In this document: piece after piece, positions 30,176 to 45,459 of the stretch
How the letters are laid out: every line of letters begins with the position of its first letter
Position numbering within the stretch: position 1 is the stretch's first letter
NCBI GenBank assembly: GCA_964016885.1
Contig: OZ024760.1
Span: 25,668,001 to 25,732,000 of the forward strand
Reading direction: 5' to 3'
Length of the DNA: 64,000 nt
From: Eledone cirrhosa
Lineage: Eukaryota
Program-made: the position numbers and the translations under genes
The notes under the pieces: generated by a model
Told to the model about the DNA's origin: nothing
Database searches by the model: none
Seen by the model: the letters and a program-made list of their open reading frames with translations, nothing else

Positions 30176-30557
30176 CTGTATGTATATATATATATATATA
30201 CTGTATGTATATATATATATACTGTATGTATATATATATATATATATACTGTATGTATATATATATATATATACTGTATGTATATATATATATATATACT
30301 GTATATATATATACTGTATATATATACTGTATATATATATATATATATATATACTGTATATATATACTTTATATATATATATATACTGTATATATATATA
30401 TATATACTGTATATATATATATATATATATACTGTATATATATATATATATATACTGTATATATATATATATATATACTGTATATATATATATATATACT
30501 GTATATATATATATATATTCTGTATATATATATATACTGTATATATATATGTATATA

Positions 30558-30609
<52 letters not shown>

Positions 30610-30644
30610 TGTATATATATATACTGTATATATATATATATATA

Positions 30645-30682
<38 letters not shown>

Positions 30683-31739
30683 TGTGTATATATATACTGT
30701 ATATATATATACTGTATATATATATATATATATACTGTATGTATATATATATATATACTGTATATATATATATATACTGTATATATATATATATATATAC
30801 TGTATATATATATATATATATACTGTATATATATATATATACTGTATATATATATATGTATATACATATATATATATATATACTGTATATATATGTATAT
30901 ACATATATATATATATACTGTATATATATATATGTATATACATATATATATATATATACTGTATATATATATATATGTAATTACATATATATATATATAT
31001 ATACTGTATATATATATATATGTATATACATATATATATATATATACTGTATATATATATATGTATATACATATATATATATATACTGTATATATATATA
31101 TGTATATACATATATATATATACTGTATATATATATATGTATATACATATATATATATATATACTGTATATATATATATGTATATACATATATATATATA
31201 TATATACTGTATATATATATATGTATATACATATATATATATATATACTGTATATCTATATATGTATATACATATATATATATATACTGTATATATATAT
31301 ATGTATATACATATATATATATATATACTGTATATATATATATGTATATACATATATATATATATATACTGTATATATATATGTATATACATATATATAT
31401 ATATACTGTATATATATATATGTATATACATATATATATATATATACTGTATATATATATATGTATATACATATATATATATATATACTGTATATATATA
31501 TATGTATATACATATATATATATATATACTGTATATATATATATGTATATACATATATATATATATATACTGTATATATATATATGTATATACATATATA
31601 TATATATATACTGTATATATATATATGTATATACATATATATATATATATACTGTATATATATATATATGTATATACATATATATATATATATATACTGT
31701 ATATATATATGTATATACATATATATATATAATATACTG

Positions 31740-31840
<101 letters not shown>

Positions 31841-32033
31841 CTATATATATATATATATATATACTATATATATATATATATATATAGTATATATATATAT
31901 ATATACTATATATATATATATATATACTATATATACTATATATATATATATATATACTATATATATATATATATACTATATATATATATATATATACTAT
32001 ATATATAAATATATATATATATATATACTATAT

Positions 32034-32066
<33 letters not shown>

Positions 32067-32072
32067 CTATAT

Positions 32073-32105
<33 letters not shown>

Positions 32106-32172
32106 CTATATATATATATATATATATACTATATATATATATATACTATATATATATATATATATATACTAT

Positions 32173-32203
<31 letters not shown>

Positions 32204-32211
32204 CTATATAT

Positions 32212-32250
<39 letters not shown>

Positions 32251-32256
32251 CTATAT

Positions 32257-32291
<35 letters not shown>

Positions 32292-32409
32292 CTATATATA
32301 TATATATATATACTATATATATATATACTATATATATATATATATATATACTATATATATATATATATATATACTATATATATATATACTATATATATAT
32401 ATATATATG

Positions 32410-32452
<43 letters not shown>

Positions 32453-32465
32453 TATATATAAATAT

Positions 32466-32500
<35 letters not shown>

Positions 32501-32696
32501 CTATCTACATAAATATATATATATATATATACTATCTACATAATTATATATATATATATATACTATCTACATAATTATATATATATATATATACTATCTA
32601 CATAATTATATATATATATATATACTATATATATATAAATATATATATAAATATATATATAAATATATATATAAATATATATAAATATATATACTG

Positions 32697-32728
<32 letters not shown>

Positions 32729-32854
32729 CTGTATATATACTCGTATATATATACTGTATATATACTCGTTGTTAACCCAACAATTTAAATATAACTTTCC
32801 ATATATATATATATATATATACTGTATATATATATAAATATATATATATATATA

Positions 32855-32890
<36 letters not shown>

Positions 32891-32906
32891 TGTATATATA
32901 TATATA

Positions 32907-32966
<60 letters not shown>

Positions 32967-33003
32967 TGTATATATATATATATACTGTGTATATATATAT
33001 ATA

Positions 33004-33065
<62 letters not shown>

Positions 33066-33124
33066 TGTATATATATATATATACTGTATATATATATATA
33101 TACTGTATGTCATGTATCATTATA

Positions 33125-33175
33125 TTTTGTCTGATGAGAACGTACTGTTGTACATCCGAAATATGTATAATAAAA
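33125..33175 (+). ncRNA. Type I hammerhead motif (family B-like)
   Basis: TTTTGT CTGATGA GAA CGTAC TGTT GTAC ATCC GAAA TATGTA TA ATAAAA; flanked by (TA)n. Confidence 0.75.
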
Positions 33176-33211
33176 TGTAATTGATCAAAAAACATCTATT
33201 TTATTAATACT

Positions 33212-33267
<56 letters not shown>

Positions 33268-33270
<3 letters not shown>

Positions 33271-33567
33271 CTGATTCGAAGCACTCGACAAGTTTTCTGG
33301 AGTAAACTCTCAATGATATTAAATAAATGGAGACTATATTTATAAAAACACATTTATTCTATTATATATATTTCAAGGGTACCAAAACTTTGGTACTATC
33401 CAGGTAAAACTTGAACCGTGAAGGTCTCGTTCCTGGATATGTCAATATTTATAAAACAAACTTTGTATTTTATCTGATGAGCGCGTACCAAAGTGTTGGT
33501 ACCCTTGAAATATATATAATAGAATAAATATGGTTTTATAGATATAGTTTCCATTTATTAATATCAT

Positions 33568-33570
<3 letters not shown>
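33268..33570. mobile_element. Fold-back element (family C), left arm internally deleted
   Basis: HHR(+) 33468-33524 with intact core: CTGATGA GCG CGTACCAA..TTGGTAC CCTT GAAA TATATA TA ATAGAA. The left arm keeps only the 3' half of the HHR. Same loop as 16570-16967. Confidence 0.85.
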
Positions 33571-33617
<47 letters not shown>

Positions 33618-33744
33618 GTATATATATATGTATATATATATATATGTATATATATATGTATATATATATATGTATATATATATGTATATATATATGTATA
33701 TATATGTATATATATATGTATATATATATATGTATATGTATATG

Positions 33745-33836
<92 letters not shown>

Positions 33837-33945
33837 TATATGTAATATATATATATAAATATAGAGAGGGAGAGAGAGGGAGAGGGAGAGAGAGAGAAAT
33901 AAGATATCAAGGCCGATAGGTTACTCCTTCAATACGTTTATTGGT

Positions 33946-34032
33946 TGGAGACCTGCGTTTCGCCACTGATCAGCTCAGGGTTCGATCTGTATCGATCTGA
34001 CCCAACTCTGTAATCCGCGGCCCGTCAGACCA
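33946..34032 (-). ncRNA. Degenerate hammerhead with long stem II
   Basis: Minus: TGGT CTGACGG GCCGC..GGGTCAGATC..GATCGAACCC..GTGGC GAAA CGCAGG TC TCCA, followed by AATAAA. Confidence 0.6.
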
Positions 34033-34123
34033 CTCTACACCTCGACACTGAAGTGAACCTAAACATCGAGTGCTTGGCAGCGTGAACCTACAGTAACTCC
34101 AAGTTACACCCCCTGGATATATG

Positions 34124-34156
<33 letters not shown>

Positions 34157-34350
34157 GATATATATTGTTGTATTTTGGGAGGGTCATGCTGTCAAAGAAA
34201 ACACACGCACCTTTTGGTTTTCACTGCAATTTATTACACAATCCCGGTTGTTTGGTTTAATAACCGTATCGTTGTTTATTTTGTGTCAAAGTTCTTTCAT
34301 CACACATTATGTCACCTCCTAAGTGACTAATTTGTTATTTTGTGTCTCAT

Positions 34351-34401
<51 letters not shown>

Positions 34402-34415
34402 TTATATATATATAA

Positions 34416-34940
34416 TTGTTTCTAATTTTGGCACAAGGCCAGCAATTATTCCAGTGTATTACTGGTACTTTATTTTATCGACTCTGTAAGGATGAAAGGC
34501 GAAGTTAACCTCGGCTGTATTTGAACTCAGATCATAAAGGGAGGTAACTCCATGCATCAAAGCATGGCGTCGTCTACCGATATGTCGTATATGTATATAT
34601 AATGTATATATATACAGTATATAATATATATATATATGTATATAATGGATATGTATATATATATATATATGTATATAATGGATATCTATATATATATATA
34701 TATAATGTGAGTATATATATATATAATGTGAGTATATATATATATATATATATATATAATTGTTTCTACTTTAGGCACAAGGCCAGCAATTACCCAGTGC
34801 ATTACTGGTACTTTATTTTATCGACCCCGTAAGGATGAAAGGCAAAGTTAACCTCGGCGGGATTTGAACTCAGATCGTAAAGGGACGTAACTATGCTGGA
34901 AAGCATGGCGTCCGACCCTCTACCGATACTGCCAATCCAC
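34416..34940 (-). mobile_element. Two Nin/Deu-domain SINE copies (~34416-34580, ~34760-34940)
   Basis: Reverse complement of the SINE at 12652. Confidence 0.85.
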
Positions 34941-35068
34941 ATAATGTGAGTATATATATATATATAATGTGAGTATATATATATATATAATGTGAGTATA
35001 TATATATATATATATAATGTGAGTATATATATATATATAATGTGAGTATATATACATATATAATATGA

Positions 35069-35107
<39 letters not shown>

Positions 35108-35126
35108 GTATGTATATATATGTATA

Positions 35127-35194
<68 letters not shown>

Positions 35195-35539
35195 AAGATG
35201 TGTATTCCTGGTTCTGGGTAATCACAGAAAGTAAGGTACTCAATATATATAGCAGAGTATAAATAGTTAATATAGAATTGGCTTCTACAGGACGAGAGCT
35301 GTTTCATTTGGAGGAATTAATAATATATATATATAAATATAAATTCAGTGAGAATCGTATTTCGGCTGATAGAAAAAGCGAAACGAAACGCAAAGATCAG
35401 AATTATGCTAGCAAATGCTCCATAGATAAAAAACCAGAACTAAACAATATGTTAAAACGCCATACAAAACTGAAAAAGTGGTCAAGAAAGCATCAACCAC
35501 CTAAGTCAAAAAGCTAAACATGTCAAAACAAAATAAATG

Positions 35540-35597
<58 letters not shown>

Positions 35598-35600
<3 letters not shown>

Positions 35601-35988
35601 GGAGGTGAGTTTTGTTGTTGTACAATAAAGCAATGCAAATATTGGATAAGAAGCACTCTACAGTTTGTAGGACTGGAGTATAAATAATATATAAGGTCAA
35701 AAGAGGGTTAAATGAGTTCCATGTATTTTATTATGCGCATTTCAAAAACAAATATCATCATGCAATAACATTTGTGTTTTCATCAGATAAAATAGGAAGA
35801 CATGATATGAAGGTTAAAAAACACATGCTGATTTAAAACTGCACTATCCACAAGTGTTTTTTAACCTTCATATTATGTCTTCCTATTTTATCTGATGAAA
35901 ACACAAATGTTATTGCATGATGATATTTGTTTTTGAAATGCGCATAATAAAATACATGAAACTCATTTAACCATCTTTTGACCTTATG

Positions 35989-35993
<5 letters not shown>
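35598..35993. mobile_element. Fold-back element with a hammerhead in each arm (family A, opposite orientation to 1500-1921)
   Basis: HHR(-) 35726-35792 and HHR(+) 35886-35952 with GAAA TGCGCA TA. Tail ..AAAACTCACCTCCTACA-(TA)n on the left; (TA)n on both sides. Confidence 0.85.
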
Positions 35994-36033
<40 letters not shown>

Positions 36034-36161
36034 GGGACAGTGTGAATTTTCTTTCTGAAGGACTACTGGCTTTTCAAATTTAGCTGTCCTTCTAGCACTG
36101 ACGGAGACCATCACTAATTATTAATATCGATGTAGTTTTTTATATCGATATTGCATGGGCA

Positions 36162-36284
36162 TCTAATGATGAGTTATAAGGTCCCGCTTGTGTGTATATA
36201 TATGGATTATATACAAGTTTCTACATAACCTGGACATTATTTATCCCACCTTCTAGAAATCTTATAACGAAACGATCGTATGGA
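36162..36284 (+). ncRNA. Hammerhead motif with an ~80 nt loop 2
   Basis: TCTA ATGATGA GTTATAAG..CTTATAAC GAAA CGATCG TA TGGA. Perfect 8-bp stem II and palindromic stem III; the first core base is mutated. Confidence 0.65.
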
Positions 36285-36468
36285 AGGAAAGAGAGATTTA
36301 TTTAATTATGTCTCATATAAAATAATACAACCAGCTATCCACGGAATACTATATAGTTAGCACCCCAAACACTAAATTGGGATTATACTTAGGTATATCC
36401 TAATGTTTGTTGAGTGAGATGGAGTTGGTCAGAGTATCGCTTAAAGCTTTCTCTGTTAAAATGTATTA

Positions 36469-36510
<42 letters not shown>

Positions 36511-36513
<3 letters not shown>

Positions 36514-36894
36514 AAAGATCTATTTAAAGTTGTTGGGATACAACAAGTAAATATTTTTATACCTGATATAAAGCACTCGACAAGTTTTTGGAGTAGATAT
36601 ACGATATTAATAAATGGAAACTATATTTATAAAACCATATTTATTTCATTATACATATTTCAGGGATACCATATTAAATTATGGTATGCCTTCATCAGAC
36701 AAAATACAATATATAACAGTTTTACAAATAGCTTTGACGTACCCTTTTAAAATACAACCATTACTTTTGGAGGCTGTCTGTTATATATTGTATTTTGTCT
36801 GATGAAGGCATACCATAATTTAATATGGTATCCCTGAAATATGTATAATGAAATAAATATGGTTTTATAAATATAGTTTCCATTTATTAATATC

Positions 36895-36895
<1 letters not shown>
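36511..36895. mobile_element. Fold-back element with a hammerhead in each arm (family D)
   Basis: HHR(-) 36644-36704 and HHR(+) 36793-36853: TTTTGT CTGATGA AGG CATACCATA..TATGGTAT CCCT GAAA TATGTA TA ATGAAA. Loop ~57 nt; tail homologous to family C. Confidence 0.85.
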
Positions 36896-36968
<73 letters not shown>

Positions 36969-37456
36969 GTATATATACACACATATATATATATATATAT
37001 TATGAATTCTTCCGATTGAAAGCTCTAGTCCTGTAGAAACTATGTGTGGGAAGAGCATCCGTTGAAGCTAAATTTGCATCATGAGTGTGTTTAATAAACC
37101 CAGCCGCAAATTTCCTGATAATGGTTGAAATCGTGAATGACACTTCTAGAATTTTTTTCTAAGTAGCTATAATCTGCTTTATCAATTTGTAGAGCAGAAA
37201 TGGAGTAGTAACTATTCACATGTAGACAACATCTTGACAAAGCTACCACATTCCACTACATTCTCCGCTCCATTCTACTGAGAGATATTGTGCTCCGATT
37301 TAACCGTTATTTAACATATGTTTATTTATTAATACTCTACGTGTATTTTTGAAGTGAAGTCGCGTTAGTTTCACACTCATGAAATAGATCTTCACAAACA
37401 TAAATGTTTGTCTATATACGATAATCAGAAAACGAGTATATATATATATATATATG

Positions 37457-37672
37457 TGAAGGCGTGTGGCTGAATGGTTAGAGAATTGGATTCGCAATCG
37501 TAAGGTTGTGAGTTCGATTCCTGGACCAGGCGATGCGTTATGTCCTTGAGCAAGACACTTTATTTCACGTTGCTCCTTCTACCTGGAATTGCGACCGATA
37601 GATAGTATTAGCAATTGGAAAGACCAACGGAAACACTGTTCCCTCGGTCCGATTTGACGAAAGTCGGTCGTT

Positions 37673-37674
<2 letters not shown>
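37457..37674 (+). mobile_element. CORE-like SINE in (TA)n
   Basis: Homologous to 27795-28010. Confidence 0.85.
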
Positions 37675-37722
<48 letters not shown>

Positions 37723-37749
37723 TGTAATAAACAACATAAGACAATTATT

Positions 37750-37818
37750 CCATTTACAAAAGGTTTCACGAAGACAAACGAGCTCGACACAGACGCCTGA
37801 AATCGTTCGTCAGAATGA
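37750..37818 (-). ncRNA. Type I hammerhead motif
   Basis: Minus: TCATT CTGACGA ACGA..TCGT GAAA CCTTTTG TA AATGG. The tail ..TTATGTTGTTTATTACATAACT-(TA)n is shared with positions 1-52. Confidence 0.75.
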
Positions 37819-38297
37819 CATTAGATAATATAATATATATATATATATATATAGATAGATAATGCAAAAGCTAAATCGAAATAACATAAATGATACAATA
37901 CATTATTATGTACACACACACACACTCACACACACATACACACACACACATATGATGGCTGCCCCCTCGTTATTGAGTATGGCCATTGCACGATATACCA
38001 TTATTAATAATTATTAATTAATTCTATCGTGCAATGCCTGTGCGTGAAGATATTTTTTAAATGAGGAAAGACTATGCACTGAACCAATCCCACTCTCTGA
38101 GAGACAGTAGCTATAACCCGAAAAGAAGAAAATATCAACATCATCAGTAACTACTGAGCCGCCGGTTTTATATCAGAGTTATCCCAGTTTTCTGAGTTGC
38201 CTTCTCCTAGAAAAATGCCCTGACAGAGGCTAGGGTGTCCTTCACTCACAGTGGTTTAACCGCGCGGTACATGTGTATATACATATTTACACACTTT

Positions 38298-39118
38298 TGG
38301 AGGGCCGTTGACTCTTATGAGTTCTTCCGGCCTTGGTCAAGTTTTGTTTTTTGTTCTGCAGGGTGTCCCAAATCACCCTCCTCACCAAGTAGACTTGGTG
38401 TGGTTGCCGGTTTAGTCGCCGACGACCTGACCATGCGACAGGTTGTACTGGGTTACATGTTACCTGTAGCACTCAAGAGTGACCCGACATACATACATAC
38501 ATACATACATACATGGTGGCTTCCAACTCGTTTTCGAGTACGGCCACTACTTTATATCCATGTAGGAGTACCCCTACCGATGCGCTGAACGAGTGTGACT
38601 TTTTAGTCCAGCCAGCGACTTGAAAACTCTGGTACAAACACTACACTTGTGACAATTATTGACACATAGTGCTGGGCCCATGGTACCATGTGACGACAAG
38701 TGCAGAGAGATCTCCAGATATAAAGCAATGCCTGTGCCGTGAAGCTTTTATAGTGAGCAAAGGCACTACACAAAGCCAGTCCCACTCTCTTAACCAAGAT
38801 GATATTTACCAAAAAGAACAAGTCAACATCATTGGATACCATCAGAGTTGCAGGTGTTATATCAGAGTTTTCCTTCTCCTAGAATTCTGCCTTGACAAAG
38901 GCTAAGGGGTCATCTCTCCCGGTGATTTTGGATGGTCATTGACTCTTAAGAGCTCCTTTGCCCTTTGACGGGTTTTGTTTTTAGTCCTGCAAGATGTCCA
39001 AAGTCACCCTCCTCACCAAGAAACCTTGGTGGGGTTGCCAGTTTAGTCGCCAACGACCCGACCATGAGACAGGTTGTACTGCATACATGTTACCAGTAGC
39101 ACCAACTGGTGACCTGAC
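38298..39118 (-). mobile_element. Two copies (~38298-38488, ~38930-39118) of a LINE 5'UTR-like repeat beginning at (TATG)n
   Basis: Mutual similarity, a shared GGCGACTAAA motif, and both start beside (TACA)n tracts. Confidence 0.5.
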
Positions 39119-39248
39119 ATACATACATACATACATACATACATACATACATACATACATACATACATACATACATACATACATACATAGCATATGTGGT
39201 TGGTTGGTTCCTTCTCGTTCACTCACACAAGTGATTCAACCATACAAG

Positions 39249-39315
<67 letters not shown>

Positions 39316-39599
39316 TTCGAATTTGTTTTGCAAGATTTCTTATCAGAAAACGCTATTGGCAGCATGACCCTCCCAAAGAAACACAATATATATCTATATG
39401 TGGGGGCTGGGTGTATATATATATATATATATATATGTGTGTATATATACATGTGTATATTTATATATATATGTAAAAGTATGTATATATACAAAATGGC
39501 CGATTGAATTCGCACATGTTTTGTTTTTTTTCTCATTTCCCCCTGTTCCTTCTTTTCATCACTCTTTACTTTCTATTTATCTTCTATTTATAACTCTAT

Positions 39600-39633
39600 C
39601 CTTTGATGAAGGACTAATGTCCGAAACGTTAAT
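39600..39633 (+). ncRNA. Minimal hammerhead motif (GGAC/GTCC family), degenerate
   Basis: TTGATGA A GGAC TAAT GTCC GAAA CGTT; tail shared with the 1002 and 54563 copies. Confidence 0.55.
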
Positions 39634-40744
39634 ATTCTCCCCCTGCTACTTCAAGCGTTAAACTAATATATTTCTTCCATGTAATGTGCTGTTTGTTTGT
39701 ACACACACACACACACGTATGTGTGTGTATATATATATATATATATTTACAAATACTGCCTCTCTGTCTGTAAGTTGATAAAATACACACATACATACAA
39801 AACTTCAGCCATATACATACAAACACATACACACATACATACACACACACCTACAACCATACACACACACCTACAACCATACAGACACACATATAGCCAT
39901 ACATACACACACACCTACAGCCACACACACACACACACACCTACAGCCATACGCACACACACCTACAGCCACACCAACGCACACATATAGCCACACACAC
40001 ACACCTACAGCCACACACACACCTACAGCCATACACACACACCTACAGTCACACACACCTACAGTCACACACACCCCTACAGCCACACACAAACACCTAC
40101 AGACACACACAAACACCTACAGACACACACACATCTACACCTACAGCCACACACCTACAGCCACAAACACACGCCTACAGCCACAAACACACCTACAGCC
40201 CTACACCCCCACACACAGTTATGGTGCTATGACGGAAAATCAATGAAACGATCAACAGATTTTAAAATGGAAGATTTGTAAAATTGATTGTGTAAAATTT
40301 TATGTTGTGTGTGTGTGTGGTTCTATATAGTGTGTGTGTGTGGTTCAATATAGTGTGTGTTTATGTTGTGTGTGGTTCTATATAGTGTGTGTGTTTATGT
40401 TGTGTGTGTGTTTATAGTGTGTCTGTGGATCTATATTGTGTGTGTTTATGGTGTGTGTGTGTTTATAGTGTGTGTGTGTGTGTGTGGATCTATATAGTGT
40501 GTGTGTTTATGTTGTGTGTGCGTGTGGATCTATATAGTGTGTGTGTTTATGTTGTGTGTGTGTGGTTCTATATAGTGTGTGTGTTTATGTTGTGTGTGTA
40601 TGTGTGGTTCTATATAGTGTGTGTGGTTGTGTGAGTATGTGTATGCGTGTGTGTGCGTGTGTCGTGTTTCTATGTGTATGTATGCGTGTGTGCGTGTTCT
40701 TCTTTGTCTGTGTGTGCGTGTGTTCCTCTGTTTTTCTCTGTGCG

Positions 40745-40778
<34 letters not shown>

Positions 40779-41159
40779 GTATATGTGTGTGTGTGTTTGA
40801 GTTAACATGTGTGTTGTATGCGATTGAATGTATGAGTGTGTATTTTGGGTGTGCGTTCGTGTGCCTGTGTGTGTGTGTACGTCAGGTTTTATGTGTGTGT
40901 GTGTATGTCAGGTTTTATGTGGGTCTATGTGTGTGTATGTCAGGTTTTATGTGTGTGTGTTTATGTGTATGTCAGGTTTTATGTGTGTGTATGCGTGTGT
41001 GTATATGTGTGTCTGGTTTTATGTGTGTATATGTGTGTGTGTGTGTATGTGTGTGCGTGTGTGGTTTTGTGTGTGTGTGTATGTGTGTATGTCTGGTTTT
41101 GTGTGTGTGTGTGTGTGTGAGTGTACGTCTGGTTTTATGTGAGTTTATGTATGTGTGAG

Positions 41160-41840
41160 TGTGTGGGGTATTGGTTCAAGTATTCATCTGAAGTTGGTAA
41201 GGTTGTGAGTTCGATACTTGGCGGTATGTTGTGTCCTTGAGCAAGACACTTTATTTCACGTTGCTCCAGTCCACTGTGCCCTTGAGCAAGACACTTTATT
41301 TCACGTTGCTCCAGTCCATTGTGTCCTTCAGCAAGACACTTTATTTCACGTTGCTCCAGTCCACTGTGTCCTTGAGCAAGACACTTTATTTCACGTTGCT
41401 CCAGTCCACTGTGTCCTTGAGCAAGACACTTTATTTCACGTTGCTCCAGTCCATTGTGTCCTTGAGCAAGACACTTTATTTCACGTTGCTCCAGTCCACT
41501 GTGTCCTTCAGCAAGACACTTTATTTCACGTTGCTCCAGTCCATTGTGTCTTTGAGCAAGACACTTTATTTCACGTTGCTCCAGTCTACTGTGTCCTTGA
41601 GCAAGACACTTTATTTCACGTTGCTCCAGTCCATTGTGTCCTTGAGCAAGACACTTCATTTCACGTTGCTCCAGTCCATTGTGTCCTTGAGCAAGACACT
41701 TTATTTCACGTTGCTCCAGTCTACTGTGTCCTTGAGCAAGACACTTTATTTCACGTTGCTCCAGTCCACTCAACTGGAAAAAATATTATGTGTACCAGTG
41801 TTTCACAGGATCTTGATACATACTGCAGTGTAACGCTGCA
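41160..41840 (+). mobile_element. CORE-like SINE containing ~12 tandem copies of its 45-bp core
   Basis: tRNA-like head with GAGTTCGATAC, array ~41229-41770, then the SINE 3' part (CAACTGG..). Confidence 0.85.
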
Positions 41841-42824
41841 TCCTCCTAGGGACTACTTTAGTCTCTACAAGTGTCTATCGAATGTATGCTCAGCCACTTA
41901 TTCGTTAAATTCATGGGCAGGTTGTATAGATTCCAAAGCGTCCTTTATTTCTTCTCTCGTCTGTTATTCGTTTTCTGTCTGTTTCTGTCTTCTCTCGTCT
42001 GTTATCTGTTTTCAACTGTCTTCTGGCATCTGTTATAGGTTTATATGTCATGAATCATGTTTTAGCTGTTTATTTGTTCATCTGGTATCTGTTATCTGTT
42101 TTCTAGTAGCTTCTACACTTATCTTTCATCTGTTTTAGCATATGTCTTCTGTCACCTTTTATCCGTTGAACTGTGTCTGTGTTTGGGGATGTAATATCTG
42201 TTACTGGTGTCATATCTGATCTGTTATCTGTTACTAGGTTCATCTCTAATCTGTTATCTGTTACTCGTGTCATATCTCATCTGTTATCTGTTCATTTGTG
42301 TCATCTCTCATATGTTATCTGTTCACTTGTGTCATCTGTCATTTGTTATCTGTTCACGTCTGTCTTTATACTCATCTGTTATCTGTATACTGACGTCTTT
42401 ATTACATCTGTTATCTGTATACTCACGTCTATATGACATCTGTCATCTGTATACTCACGTCTTTATTACATCTGTTATCTGTAAACTTCTTTCATTAGTT
42501 ATCTATTTCTGATTTCTTGTGTCATCTGTCTGTAGTCTGTTCCGTCTATCTTGTCTTTTAACTTGTCTGTTTCATCTTTCATCTGCCGTCTGCTCTGTCA
42601 TCAAGTTCTTTCTTCTTCTTCTTCTTCTTCTTCTTCTTCTTCTTCTTCTTCTTCTTCTTCTTCTTCTTCTTCTTCTTCTTCTTCTTCCGTTTTACTTGGT
42701 GTAGTTTTTTGTCTTTTCTATATTCATTCTCTTTCGTCTCGTCTATTTCTGTCCCTCGTCTATCTTCGATCTTTATCTAGCATATTTGTTTTAGTTCGTC
42801 TATCGTCTGCCTTCTGTCTTCTTC

Positions 42825-45030
42825 TGTCATCGTCTATCTTGTGACCTCGCCTATCTTGTGACCTCGTCTATCTTGTGACCTCGTCTATCTTGTGACCTCG
42901 TCTATCTTCTGTCATCGTGTATCTTGTGTCATCGTATATCTTGTGACATCGTCTATCTTGTGACCTCGTCTATCTTGTGACCTCATCTATCTTGTGACAT
43001 CGTCTATCTTGTGACATCGTCTATCTTGTGACATCGTCTATCTTGTGTCATCGTCTATCTTGTGTCATCGTCTATCTTGTGACCTCGTCTATCTTGTGAC
43101 CTCGTCTATCTTGTGACCTCGTTTATCTTCTGTCATCTCTATCTTCTGTCATCTCTATCTTCTGTTATCGTCTATCTTCTGTTATCGTCTATCTTCTGTC
43201 ATCGTCTATCTTCTGTCATCGTCTATCTTCTGTCATCGTCTATCTTGTGACATCGTCTATCTTCTGTCATCGTCTATCTTGTGACATCGTCTATCTTCTG
43301 TCATCGTTTATCTTGTGATCTCGTTTATCTTCCGTCATCTCTATATTCTGTCATCGTCTATCTTCTGTCATCGTCTATATTGTGATCTCGTTTATCTTCT
43401 GTCATCTCTATCTTGTGTCATGTCTATCTTCTGTCATCTCTATCTTCTGTCATCTCTATCTTCTGTCATCGTCTATCTTCTGTCATCGTCTATCTTGTGT
43501 CATCGTCTCTGTTATCGTCTGCCTTCTCTTATCGTCTCCCTTCTCTTATCGTCTGCCTTCTCTTATCGTCTCCCTTCTCTTATCGTCTGCCTTCTCTTAT
43601 CGTCTCCCTTCTCTTATCGTCTGCCTTCTGTTATCGTCTCCCTTCTCTTATCGTCTCCCTTCTCTTATCGTCTCCCTTCTCTTATCGTATCCCTTCTCTT
43701 ATCGTCTGCCTTCTCTTATCGTCTGCCTTCTCTTATTGTCTGCCTTCTCTTATCGTCTCCCTTCTCTTATCGTCTCCCTTCTCTTATCGTCTCCCTTCTC
43801 TTATCGTCTGCCTTCTCTTATCGTCTACCTTCTCTTATCGTCTGCCTTCTCTTATCGTCTGCCTTCTGTTATCGTCTCCCTTCTCTTATCGTCTGCCTTC
43901 TCTTATCGTCTCCCTTCTCTTATCGTCTCCCTTCTCTTATCGTCTGCCTTCTGTTATCGTCTCCCTTCTCTTATCGTCTGCCTTCTGTTATCGTCTCCCT
44001 TCTCTTATCGTCTGCCTTCTCTTATCGTCTGCCTTCTCTTATCGTCTGCCTTCTCTTATCGTATCCCTTCTCTTATCGTCTGCCTTCTCTTATCGTCTCC
44101 CTTCTCTTATCGTCTGCCTTCTCTTATCGTATCCCTTCTCTTATCGTCTGCCTTCTCTTATCGTCTCCCTTCTCTTATCGTCTGCCTTCTGTTATCGTCT
44201 GCCTTCTGTTATCGTCTCCCTTCTCTTATCGTCTGCCTTCTCTTATCGTCTGCCTTCTCTTATCGTATCCCTTCTCTTATCGTCTGCCTTCTCTTATCGT
44301 CTCCCTTCTCTTATCGTCTGCCTTCTGTTATCGTCTCCCTTCTCTTATCGTCTGCCTTCTGTTATCGTCTCCCTTCTCTTATCGTCTGCCTTCTCTTATC
44401 GTCTGCCTTCTCTTATCGTCTCCCTTCTCTTATCGTCTGCCTTCTGTTATCGTCTGCCTTCTGTTATCGTCTCCCTTCTCTTATCGTCTGCCTTCTCTTA
44501 TCGTCTGCCTTCTCTTATCGTATCCCTTCTCTTATCGTCTGCCTTCTCTTATCGTCTCCCTTCTCTTATCGTCTGCCTTCTGTTATCGTCTCCCTTCTCT
44601 TATCGTCTGCCTTCTCTTATCGTCTGCCTTCTCTTATCGTCTCCCTTCTCTTATCGTCTGCCTTCTGTTATCGTCTCCCTTCTCTTATCGTCTGCCGTCT
44701 CTTATCGTCTGCCTTCTGTTATCGTCTCCCTTCTCTTATCGTCTGCCTTCTCTTATCGTCTCCCTTCTCTTATCGTCTGCCTTCTGTTATCGTCTCCCTT
44801 CTCTTATCGTCTGCCTTCTCTTTTCGTCTGCCTTCTGTTATCGTCTCCCTTCTCTTATCGTCTGCCTTCTCTTATCGTCTCCCTTCTCTTATCGTCTGCC
44901 TTCTCTTATCGTATCCCTTCTCTTATCGTCTCCCTTCTCTTATCGTCTCCCTTCTCTTATCGTATCCCTTCTCTTATCGTATCCCTTCTCTTATCGTATC
45001 CCTTCTGTTATCGTCTCACTTCTCTTATCG
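42825..45030. repeat. 17-bp minisatellite
   Basis: CTCGTCTATCTTGTGAC-type units change to ATCGTCT(G/C)CCTTCTCTT-type units near 43500. Confidence 0.95.
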
Positions 45031-45136
45031 CCTGTCTTCTATCTTCTACCTTTGTCTATAGTCTATCGTCATCCATTTTCCATCTTCTGTCTTCTCATGT
45101 CATTTTATCTATTTTTTCCCCGTTATTTTCATCTCC

Positions 45137-45229
<93 letters not shown>

Positions 45230-45459
45230 CCTTATTTCATTTTGTTGCTGTTATTGTTGTTGCTGCTCGGCCACTGGTCTCTCAGATTCAGTAGTCATGT
45301 GATCAAACTGTTCCATACCATCTTAACCTCAGATGATATACAATGTATCTAAAGCTACATACATAAAACTATATTTCCGTTCGTGTGTGTGGTTTAACTA
45401 GTGACTCAGCTGCTATTTCTAGCACGTCAAGCATCCACGTAAAGACTGCTCCCTATAGT

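Noticed and set aside
35340-35517. KKPELN peptide reminiscent of a Penelope GIY-YIG C-terminus
   Set aside because: Too short, with no GIY/YIG or RT motifs nearby; no autonomous PLE ORF was found in the window.
38375-39118. Possible HDV-like ribozyme at the 5' end of the two GGCGACTAAA repeats
   Set aside because: A consistent P1/P2/P3 double pseudoknot could not be built in both copies by eye; needs a motif search.
43315-45302. Three overlapping 559-659 aa ORFs
   Set aside because: 17-bp minisatellite open in all three frames.
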